Source: Candidatus Dormiibacterota bacterium (lineage in GTDB: Bacteria; Chloroflexota; Dormibacteria; Aeolococcales; Aeolococcaceae). From it: a stretch of 64,000 nt of DNA. The position numbers and the translations under genes were made by a program. Below the pieces are notes generated by a model that was not told where the DNA came from, did no database searches, and worked only from the letters and a program-made list of their open reading frames with translations. The DNA is taken from the NCBI GenBank assembly GCA_963709585.1, contig CAVPXI010000007.1, forward strand, positions 320,001 to 384,000, written 5' to 3'. Shown piece by piece: positions 13,189-21,896 of the stretch. Each line of letters opens with the position of its first letter. Position 1 is the stretch's first letter.

Positions 13189-16100
13189 GACGCGCCATCG
13201 TAGGGAGGCGCGTCCTCGCGGACTTCCATTGGTGTGGTCATTGCGTCGACCGACAGGTAGTAGTGGGCTACCTTGCTTACCTCGTGCCAGTCAAGACGCG
13301 CGGGATCGCGGATCGGCTCTTGGAGCCGCGGCGTACCGTTGCAATCAGTGACGACGTAGAGCCAGAAGCAGTCAGGACGGTCCTCCGCGACGCGGCGCTC
13401 GTTGGGGGTCAGTAGGATCGTGCCCGTCACCGCGCCAAGCCCCTTGACCTCGATCAGCCTGAGGTCTCCTGAGGCGAGGTCGAGACTGGTGACGTCATAT
13501 CCCAAATTCTTCTCGGACACGTCGGCGACTTGGCGGCCTTGTCCACGTTCATGCTCCATCACAACGCGCATCGCGGTTGCCTCGGTTTCGAAGTTCGGCC
13601 GGAGACGCCTGACTTCAGGCGTATCACCGTCGGGATGCGGCAGGACCAGGACACTAGCGAACCGTTCTACCGATTGCAGCGTCAGCGCCCGTTGGCGGTC
13701 GAGGTCTGTGCGTCGGCGATCGCGACGGGCGAGTAGTTCTGAATGTCGCGCTTCCGCTTGTGCAAGTCGCCCCTCGGCGCCAGCCAACTTTTGCTCGACG
13801 TCGGACCCCGCACGCCCGATCTCGTCATCGGCCCGTTGGAGCAACTCCGTGAGCGAGAGCTCGACGTGTGCACTGACCCGACCAACCTCGGCCACGCGAT
13901 CTTTGCGCATCTCTTCCAGAAACGGGGCGAGTGCACTGTCGTGCAGCCAACCCGTGGCCTGGGGGAGAGACGCAACGGCAGGCAGTTCCGCCGGCGGATC
14001 AGCAGGCGAGAAATTGCCAAGCAGGCCGGGTTCCTGGAGACGAGGGTCGTCACCGTCGCTGATTTCCACGGCAAAAAGCCGCTCGTGTACGACCTGCCCG
14101 AGCCCATCGACGACACGCGCGCGATAGAAGTCGATGCGCGCCGGGCGCTCATGCTGAAGCGAGTAAAACGTCGCCCCCTGGCCGAGAACGTCGAGAGCCT
14201 GCAGGTGAGTGTGACGTCGGATGGCCTCGAACAGTGGATGGCCTGGGGTGACCCATTCCAGCTTTTCGGTCTCAGCTGTGTCGCGGTCGGTCGAGCAGCG
14301 GGGATAACGGTCCGCAAGGGGCGGCAGCTTCCAGTCTGCTTCTTTCTCGTAGCGCCTCAGAACCGGCGGCGTCCGAGCCGGTTCGAACGTGTGCGGAAGA
14401 TTCGGCACGTCCTTCAGCGCCAGCGGTACGAATCCGGAAGCCTCCCGGATGAATCGCGCGATGGTCTCAGGGACGACACGCCGCTCCTGCGCCTGCGCTC
14501 GTCGCTCGATCAACATCTCCAGGTTCAGCTTCTTACTTGCCAGCCCCTCCAAAGCGTTCTGGCAGATGGCGCGAAACTGCTTTTCATCGACGTCGCGGAG
14601 CAGCCGTTCCTCGAGGTCGGCATCGCCCAGCTTGCCCGCATAGTAGTCGCGCAAGACGCGCTCCACGTGAGCCGCTGGCAGAACTTCGCCGACAACGTTG
14701 AACACAGAATCGTCGTCGAGCGCATCCCGAATTTCTTGCAACTTTTCATGGAGGCGCTGCAGCACACGTCCCTCGATAGTGTTGGTCGCGACGAAATTGA
14801 AGATGAGGCAGTCCTTGCGCTGTCCATAGCGGTGGATACGCCCCATGCGCTGCTCGAGCCGGTTCGGATTCCAGGGGATATCGTAGTTGAACAAGATGTT
14901 GCACACCTGGAGGTTGATGCCCTCGCCCGCAGCTTCCGTGGCGACGAGAATCTGGATCTCACCTTCCCGAAACTGTTGCTCAGCGTGCAGGCGCGTGCCG
15001 GGCTCATCACGCGAACCCGACTTCATCCCACCGTGAATGCACCCGACGCGGAAGCCCCAGGACTCCAGCCGCTCCATGAGGTAGTCCAGAGTGTCTTTGA
15101 ACTCCGTGAAGAGGAGCAGGCGCTGATCCGAGTTATCAAAGAACCCTTCCTCGTGAAGCAGCTTCTTGAGTTTCGATAGCTTGGCCTCCGTTCCCGAGTT
15201 CCTCCACACCTTGTGCCTGAACTGCGAGACGCCGGAGCTCTTCAGCTTCGTGGCGTACCTGATCGGCGCTCCCTGCCAGCGTGATGGCCTCGAGCATCGC
15301 TTCCAACCGCTCGCGCTCGCTGTCCTCCATCTCCTCCAGCTCCTCCGGATCGGGGAGATCAGGAGGAGCCTGGCGAGCGAGATCTTGCGCATGCTTGAGA
15401 CCCTCTTCCAAGCGCCGCGCGCGGTTCTCCAGCGAGCGCCGCATAGCGCGGGTACTGGAGGCGAGCCGACGCTGGTAGAGAGACATCAAGAATCCGATCG
15501 CGCGCGCTCGCGGATTCTCACCTTCGGCAGCAGCCCGAGCGCTTTCACGCTTCACGAACCGCGTCACGTCGCGGTAGAGGTCGAACTCGGCACCGTCGAT
15601 GGCGAAGTCCACCGTGTGCGGGATGCGCTTGGTAAAGATTGGCTTGGCCGCCCACGTGCCATCTTCTCGCCGCTCCGGAAAGTAGACCATCGCCTCCTTG
15701 GTCCGCCGCAGGTAGAACGGCGCCCGGCGTTGGTCCATCGCCTGCCGGATCGACTTCACATCGGCAAACGCATCGGCGTCGAGGAGTTGCAGGAATAGGC
15801 TGAAGTTCTCCGGATCGCCCTTGTGAGGCGTCGCGGTGAGCAGCAGCATGTGATCGGACGTGTCGCGCAGCAGCTCGCCCAACCGGTAGCGCAGGCTCTT
15901 GTGCAACTCATCGGAGGCCGACATTCGGTGCGCCTCGTCGACGATCACCAGGTCCCACTGAACCTGTCGAAGCCCTGGAAGGATGTCGGCGCGCTTCGCC
16001 AAGTCGAGCGACGTGATCACCCGCTTGCGATCCAACCACTGGTTCACGCCGAACTGTTCGCGGACGTCTTGCCCCCGCATCACCAAGAACTTTGTGTCGA

Positions 16101-16620
16101 ACTTTTCTTTGAGTTCGCGCTGCCATTGGAAAGCGAGATTTGCAGGGCAGACGATCAGGATGCGTTCGGCGAGTCCCCGCAGCTCAAGCTCGCGAATCAG
16201 GAGCCCCGACATAATCGTTTTGCCGGCGCCCGCGTCGTCGGCAAGGAGAAAGCGCACCCGCGGCAGCTTGAGCAGGTAGTCGTAGATCGCCTCGAGCTGG
16301 TGCGGCAGTGGGTCGACACGAGAGATTGACAGCCCGAAGTAGGGGTCGAACTCGTACGCGATGCCGAGCGCGTACGCCTGAAGGCCCAAACGGAGAAGAC
16401 GGCCATCGCCGGCGTATGAGTGCTGCGAATCAAGGATCGTCAGGCTGGCCAGATCCTCAGCAGTTAGGGTGACCCTACGGAACCGCTCCGACCGTGTTCC
16501 CGCCAACCCGACTACCCAGCTCGAAGCGCTATTCGCCTCTACGGTTTCAACGCGCATTGGCTCGTTGAATAACGCGCCAGTCAGAATCTGGCCCGTCTCG
16601 ATCGTGCTGGAGCCGGTCAC
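13185..16620 (-). CDS. SNF2-family helicase with C-terminal DUF3883 nuclease-like domain; +1 frameshift near 15195
   Basis: [55 protein letters not shown]; two track ORFs join at VEDSGTEAKL. Confidence 0.92.
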
Positions 16621-16838
16621 GACAGACTGCGCTCAATCAACACGCGACCAGCCAGCGGCCTTCGGCCTCCAGGTCGGCTGCGCGCTGTGCTCTCGGGAAG
16701 GTCTTGTCGACGGCGGCGATACGCGGCCTTCCGGCACGCAGGCGAGCAGAAACGCCGCGGCCGTCCAGTGGACCCATGTTCGATCTCCCTTCCACAACTT
16801 GCGCAACCATCACCGACACGTAGTGCCGCTCCAGCCAT
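16617..16838 (-). CDS. Small Cys-rich zinc-finger protein (CxxC...FCSxxCR)
   Basis: CASCGREIEHGSTGRPRRFCSPACRKAAYRRR; stop overlaps the SNF2 GTG start. Confidence 0.6.
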   Translation of the reverse strand: MAGAALRVGDGCASCGREIEHGSTGRPRRFCSPACRKAAYRRRRQDLPESTARSRPGGRRPLAGRVLIERSLS

Positions 16839-16957
16839 GCGGAGCGGACCCTACCACCTTTCGTCCCGCGCTACAACGCGCCGCAACGGAGCTACACGTT
16901 GACCCAGGCCCGGCCGAATCCCGAAGGCGCTGACCGAAGCTCTCCCCTTCACTTCAA

Positions 16958-18220
16958 TTACCGCCGAGTCACGCGGCGTGCAACTCTTGAGCCAGCCGCT
17001 CGAGTTCGACTCGCCTGTCCAGCTCCTGCGAGCCCGGCGGCCCGATCGATATCCCGCGAGATCACGTCGTCGACGGCTCCCGCGGAAAACGCCTGAACCT
17101 CGGCGGAACGGGCGAGCAGGTAGTGCCAAAAGTTCGAGCCAGTTGCCCGGCTCGTTGGAGTTCGCCGCGTACTTTCACCTACCTGCTGATCCGCCAGAAG
17201 TACGTCCAGCGGATGCACCCCGCGCGCGAAAAGGCCGGCGCAGAAAGCGCACTCGCAATAGCGATCTCGGTACGCAGCCGCGTCCAGATCACTGCCACAG
17301 CGGTGGGCATCGTCGAAACGCATGACGCCACGCACCCCCGGTACGTAGGTCCGACAGGACCGGGCGAAGCCGCCCAACTCTTGCGCAGGCTCGCCGTTGT
17401 CAACCCAGCCTAGATGATGAGCTACGCCCGCTACCCCAACGAGTGATAGCGCGGCCGCCGTGTACCCGAGCTGGGTTGGTATGACGGGGACACCACGCGT
17501 CGCAAGAGTCCGAATCGCGACCACCAAAGCGGCGAACGCGTCGTGCCTGCTGACCAACCATTCCTCGGTCACCCCAGGAGTCCACAGGAGGTAGCCTCGA
17601 GCGCTGGCTTCCGGCACTGAACGGAGCAGATCTCCGACTTGGTCAAGGGTGAGCCTCTCCTTTGGAATCACCACCATGGCCAGCACCGGCTCGCCTGCCG
17701 CCTCGGCCGCGGCATCGACCAGAAGGCGGTTCACCTCGTCCTCCCTCGTCGACAGGGCCACAAGCGCGGGCGCGATGAATCGGCTCGGGCGAAGCTCACG
17801 AGACAACATGGGATCGAGCATGTCGAGTTGACAGCTCATCTCAAGTCGATCCTTCTGATACCGGACGATGTTCGCGGCAAGACGCTCCCACTCCGCGACC
17901 GTCTTCACCGTTTCGAGCAAATGTCCTTCCTCGAGGTAAAGGTTCGTCCCCTCGGAGTAGTGCTTGGCGAGCCGACGGTAGTTCCGCTTCGTCTCTCCCT
18001 TGTCGTTGCGCCACCACTCCGGCACCTGGAAGCGCCAAAGCACGGGATCGACCATGTAGCCGTAGCCAGTGCCGCGCAGATGGGCCGATGTGCTCTCCGG
18101 GCTGTTCTCCAACTGATTCGCGTTGACGATGAGTTCATCGCACATGCCGCCCTGGAGATACGTGAGGTCGTCAGATGTGCGCAACCTCATGTAGTGGACG
18201 AGCTTGTTGTCCTCTGTCAT
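16958..18220 (-). CDS. Uncharacterised TIM-barrel-like protein with TGT-type CxCxxC...H zinc motif
   Basis: ATG 18220 overlaps upstream stop (ATGA); YCECAFC followed by NFWHYL; alternating beta/alpha pattern. Fold call is inference. Confidence 0.65.
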   Translation of the reverse strand: MTEDNKLVHYMRLRTSDDLTYLQGGMCDELIVNANQLENSPESTSAHLRGTGYGYMVDPVLWRFQVPEWWRNDKGETKRNYRRLAKHYSEGTNLYLEEGHLLETVKTVAEWERLAANIVRYQKDRLEMSCQLDMLDPMLSRELRPSRFIAPALVALSTREDEVNRLLVDAAAEAAGEPVLAMVVIPKERLTLDQVGDLLRSVPEASARGYLLWTPGVTEEWLVSRHDAFAALVVAIRTLATRGVPVIPTQLGYTAAALSLVGVAGVAHHLGWVDNGEPAQELGGFARSCRTYVPGVRGVMRFDDAHRCGSDLDAAAYRDRYCECAFCAGLFARGVHPLDVLLADQQVGESTRRTPTSRATGSNFWHYLLARSAEVQAFSAGAVDDVISRDIDRAAGLAGAGQASRTRAAGSRVARRVTRR

Positions 18221-19185
18221 GACAGGCTTCGGCGGTGCGCGCGCCGTTTGTCGACCTCCGCCTTGATCAGCGAGCGATCCGTTAGTTCCGGAAACGCCGC
18301 GTACACCCGCTCGACCAGGTCGGGCGTGTCCCACTTCCGGCGCAGCTTCTGCACTCGTTCATGGAGCTCGTCGTACGCATCACTTGACTGCCGGAGGCGC
18401 TCGGCCGTCGCCCGACCGGCTTCGCTCAGCTCGAAGACCTCGGCCTCCCCCTCCTGTGGAGGGGCGGCCCGCTGCATAACTGTGGCCATCATGTGCTCGA
18501 ACGAGGGTGGCGACGAGGACGCGGAGCCCGCTTGCCCGCTGGTGAGAAACCCGTTTACCCGTAAGGCTTCAGCACTATCGATGACCCTTTCATCGAACGG
18601 CCCATAGTTGTGTGCATAGAAGGTCGAGGACTCCCGATCAAGCTCCTGTTGGATCACAAACAGCAGCTTCTGCAAACGGGTCATTCCGTGGATCGCATCG
18701 CGACCCTTGCGGTCACCGTCGAGAAGCAGAATCATCATTTCCTTCAGAGATGGCCGGGGCCGGATGGAGGCTACCGCATCCTCCCGCGCAAGGCCGGCCT
18801 CCACCCATTGGCGGGCCAGCTGGTGGTACGGCCGGCGAGTCTCGTGGGAAAACTGCTTCAGCTCGCCGAGCATCTGGGGTTCGACCTTGAGGTTGAGCTG
18901 CTCTGACGATCTCGGCGCCTCGGCGTCGTCGAGCTGGGCCGCCGCGCTTGGCACTTCGCCCGACCGCAAGCCTTCAAGAATCCAGGACCGAGCCAACCCG
19001 TGGTATGGCAAAGACTTCGACGCAGCGACGGTCTTCAGTGTTGAGATCAGTCGCTTCGGGACCCTCAGAGTGATCTGAGCTGTCTTGGGCCGGGCGTAGA
19101 CAAGCGGCGGACCCTCCGGGAGATCGTCCCAAGAGTCCCCCCAATCCTCAGCGAGGAGCCCGTCGTGCTTCGTCGAGTCAGCCAT
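18217..19185 (-). CDS. Antitoxin fusion: two CopG/RHH (BrnA-like) repeats plus Panacea/SocA (DUF4065)-like domain
   Basis: QITLRVPKRLISTLK..LPYHGLARSWI and QLNLKVEPQMLGELK..RPYHQLARQWV are internal repeats; GMTRLQKLLF..FYAHNYGPF is DUF4065-like. Confidence 0.78.
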   Translation of the reverse strand: MADSTKHDGLLAEDWGDSWDDLPEGPPLVYARPKTAQITLRVPKRLISTLKTVAASKSLPYHGLARSWILEGLRSGEVPSAAAQLDDAEAPRSSEQLNLKVEPQMLGELKQFSHETRRPYHQLARQWVEAGLAREDAVASIRPRPSLKEMMILLLDGDRKGRDAIHGMTRLQKLLFVIQQELDRESSTFYAHNYGPFDERVIDSAEALRVNGFLTSGQAGSASSSPPSFEHMMATVMQRAAPPQEGEAEVFELSEAGRATAERLRQSSDAYDELHERVQKLRRKWDTPDLVERVYAAFPELTDRSLIKAEVDKRRAHRRSLS

Positions 19186-19483
19186 TGGTTGCACGGCGAA
19201 ACGCCCGCCGCTCCTTGTCGGTCATTTCCCGCGCGCTGTATACCCTCACGATCCCACCCGCCTGTTGCTCGTAGACCAGAAAGAGCATTCGTCCGACGTA
19301 GGTTCGACCGAGCAGGAGGTTCGCCCCTCCTCGGCAACGCTTGCTCGTGTGCCCGCTCGCGAAACACTGCTCCGCTTCCATGGCCGAAACGTCGTGGTGC
19401 TCCAGAAGTTTGGTCTCGTTGCTCTCATCCCAATCGAACTCGGGCAGCAGACGCCGTCCACCGCTTCTGCCACCGCCAGCCAC
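19178..19483 (-). CDS. brnT: BrnT (DUF497) family ribonuclease toxin
   Basis: FDWDESNETK..HDVSAMEAEQCF..LGRT..LFLVY..VRVYSAREMTDKERR; start uncertain. Confidence 0.85.
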   Translation of the reverse strand: MAGGGRSGGRRLLPEFDWDESNETKLLEHHDVSAMEAEQCFASGHTSKRCRGGANLLLGRTYVGRMLFLVYEQQAGGIVRVYSAREMTDKERRAFRRATNG

Positions 19484-19556
19484 CCTCGACGGCTCGCCGT
19501 CACCACTCGCTCGGGGCGAGGGCCAGGTGACGGGCCATAACGCTGCTCACTCGCAC

Positions 19557-19585
19557 ACTATAGCGTATATCCGAGAGATATACAA
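19557..19585 (-). promoter_or_regulatory. Sigma70-type promoter with palindromic operator for the brnT operon
   Basis: Minus strand TTGTAT-17bp-TATAGT; inverted repeat GTATATC-N5-GATATAC (19565-19583) overlaps the -35 and spacer. Confidence 0.8.
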
Positions 19586-19616
19586 GCGCTTCCCTTACCT
19601 GATAAGAGCCCTCGTC

Positions 19617-19657
19617 AACTTCCGATCGGCTGAGCCAGCGGTAGCCCGTTTACGCGG
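19617..19657 (-). repeat. Degenerate att site (tRNA-Gln 3' fragment plus element arm), copy A
   Basis: aacttccgatcggctgagccag matches tRNA 26910-26931 aacctccgattggctgatccag at 19/22; 19621-19657 matches 23408-23444 at 29/37. Confidence 0.72.
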
Positions 19658-19893
19658 TGTGCGTGTGCCACCGGTGCGTTCACGTCAGGCGTGTCGGCTG
19701 ATCCGGCAACCCCGATCCTGTCCATCGACTGATCCGTGCACGGGCGGCCAGCGCCTGCTCGGGGTGGCCGGCGCCTTGACCGTGCCGCTGATCATGGGTG
19801 TGACGACCTCTCGTCGTCCGAACTGGTGGCTGCCGGTAAGCTCCGAGCCTTGGCCGAGCTCCCGGCGACGAGCATCAAGGCCGCCATCAGCAG

Positions 19894-20180
19894 TTAACAA
19901 ACCAGGCCACGGTGTCGGTGACCCACCCGCCCCGTAGCGGGAACAGTGGGGATCGCGGTCACCGCTAGCACTCCGGACGACGCTCCCTGGTGCGCGGGAC
20001 TTCCGTTGTAGGTTGCCGTGAACGAGTGGCTGCCGACTGTGATCGCACTGGTCGTGAAGATGCCCGCCATTGACAACAATCGCCGAACCCAGCCGCGTGC
20101 CGCCGTCAAAGATGCTCGCGGTTCCCGACGGCTGGCCGGTTCCGGGAGCGACCGGCGCGACCGCAACGGTGAAACGTCGT
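19894..20180 (-). pseudogene. Remnant of a surface protein: bacterial Ig-like (group 3) domain with LPxTG-like tail
   Basis: FTVAVAPVAPGTGQPSGTASIFDGGTRLGSA in one frame continues as TTSAITVGSHSFTATYNG..IPTVPATG in another; no start or signal peptide. Confidence 0.65.
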
Positions 20181-20346
20181 CGTGGGCATCGATTAATGAG
20201 GCGGCGCGCGGGTTTACACACCCCGATCGCGGTAGACCACACACACCGCGATCTCAGGGGTATTCGATCACCCCCGCTCCTGCCAATCAGGTGCCCGGGC
20301 CTCCTTTCGCTCAGGCTGCTCGAGTCAGGTTGGTAGCCTGCAACCA

Positions 20347-21480
20347 ATGCCCAGCGAATATGTTGAGCGAGACGCCTGGGGCGTTGGCCTACGGTCAATT
20401 CGCGCCCAGCGCCCCAGGTGGGCGCGAGGAGGAGCCCGCGCTCAAACATTCGGAGCCGGGTTGGAACAGGCGGAGCAACTCTGGCGAGCCAGCGAAGCGG
20501 TCGGTCCTATCGCCAGTCCGCTCTTGCTCTTCTATGGGCTGACGCAGGCGGGTCGGGCCATATGTGCCGCGGGCTTGCCTGGATCCGCTTGGAGACCAGC
20601 GGAGAGCCATGGCCTCGAATTCGAAATCACCCTCCCCAGCAGCGGTGCGAATTTGGACCTGGCGTCGGTGCTCGTGAAACCGAGCGGAGAGGGTCTTGTC
20701 CAACAGGTCGCTCGCATCCTCGATTCCCCAGTGCTCGGGGGTCCGGCAACTTTGTCCGCGCTGCTCGCCTCGATCGATAAGCAACTCTTGTTTACCGATC
20801 TCCAAGTGCCTGATCCGCATCCCTTAGAAGTGAGTGAGTGGACGAAGAACCTCACGACGCTCGGCACTACCGGCACCGAAAGCCTATTCCTCGCGCCGGC
20901 GCCAGCGCGATTCGCTGCAAACACCGAACGGGTCCCGGCCCGTGCGCAGAATCTCGAATACACAAAGATCATCCCGCCGACTGCTAACGCGATTGCGGAG
21001 TGGTTGGCTGCCTATCCCACGCTCCATGAGCTTGGGACTCCCAAAGAGGTCATTGGCCCGGAGCCATCGTTAGACCGGTCCGACCGCGGTGAATGGGTCA
21101 TCAAGCTGATCTGGAATTCAGGCAACTCGATGGCTGGGGTCAAGCAGAGCGATTGGACGGCGGATCACGTCGATGAGCTGTACTCCTATGAGTGGAACGG
21201 AACCTCCGGTGTCGTGCTCCCGGCCGTTGACGGGAACACAAAGCCCCACGATCTCCTCGTCACCTGGTGGCTCGTCTTGTACTGCTTGTCGATGCTCGCG
21301 AGGTACTACCCGAAGGAGTGGACCGAGATGCTCGACGTGGACAAAAGTGAGCTTGCGGTACCAATCGAACACGTCCTGTCCGTCGCCTACTCAACGGTTC
21401 CGGATCTGATTGCCTTTCGGCTGCGATCGCTTCGTACCATCCAGGAAGAAAGACCAACCACACGCCGTAACCGAGCGTAG
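20347..21480 (+). CDS. YaaC-like protein (function unknown)
   Basis: LEQAEQLWRA..SPLLLFYGLTQAGRAI..SHGL..WWLVLYCLSMLARYYPKEW pattern typical of the YaaC family. Confidence 0.8.
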   Translation: MPSEYVERDAWGVGLRSIRAQRPRWARGGARAQTFGAGLEQAEQLWRASEAVGPIASPLLLFYGLTQAGRAICAAGLPGSAWRPAESHGLEFEITLPSSGANLDLASVLVKPSGEGLVQQVARILDSPVLGGPATLSALLASIDKQLLFTDLQVPDPHPLEVSEWTKNLTTLGTTGTESLFLAPAPARFAANTERVPARAQNLEYTKIIPPTANAIAEWLAAYPTLHELGTPKEVIGPEPSLDRSDRGEWVIKLIWNSGNSMAGVKQSDWTADHVDELYSYEWNGTSGVVLPAVDGNTKPHDLLVTWWLVLYCLSMLARYYPKEWTEMLDVDKSELAVPIEHVLSVAYSTVPDLIAFRLRSLRTIQEERPTTRRNRA

Positions 21481-21678
21481 GCGGGCCTGCACTCAGCCTT
21501 AACGCTGGCGATACAGCTCTGGACCAAGAAGGCGATCGCAAGACAGGATTCTCTGATCGTATTCAGCCGGCCAAATCGGGGTTGATTTGGAAAGAGTGAC
21601 GGAGTGCTAAAGACCTGCGCCCGGCTCCTTCTCGAGGATAGGGTCAATCTGGCGCAAGCGACCAGACAGGCCCGTACG
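21476..21678 (+). ncRNA. Candidate structured ncRNA (~200 nt) between yaaC-like gene and RT
   Basis: Nested helices found by eye: 21481-89/21667-75, 21494-97/21504-07, 21522-25/21642-45, 21527-32/21627-32, 21533-37/21555-59, 21565-70/21621-26, 21571-78/21583-90, 21648-52/21662-66 capped by GCAA. Confidence 0.65.
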
Positions 21679-21896
21679 TGCCGCATTCCCGCGTCGATCC
21701 GTGAGACCTCGCGCAGACGATAGAATCGCGGCACCCCCCTGAGCCGGTCGTTTTATTAGGAGCCTCAGCCTTCGACCTCAGCAGCATCGAGATTCGCGGC
21801 ATCCTCCCCGGCCTCCGCCGGTACGACTTAAACCACGAGTTCCCCGACGTCCTGAACTACGAGGACTTCGACCTCCGCCCGGATCTCCTGGAGCTG

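Noticed and set aside
4878-15392. Programmed ribosomal frameshifting in the split defence genes
   Set aside because: Breaks fall inside conserved motifs, have no slippery heptamers, and the same +1 pattern affects unrelated host genes.
16988-16996. TGAGCCAGC as a third att copy
   Set aside because: Only 9 bp, inside a coding end, with no flanking tRNA similarity.
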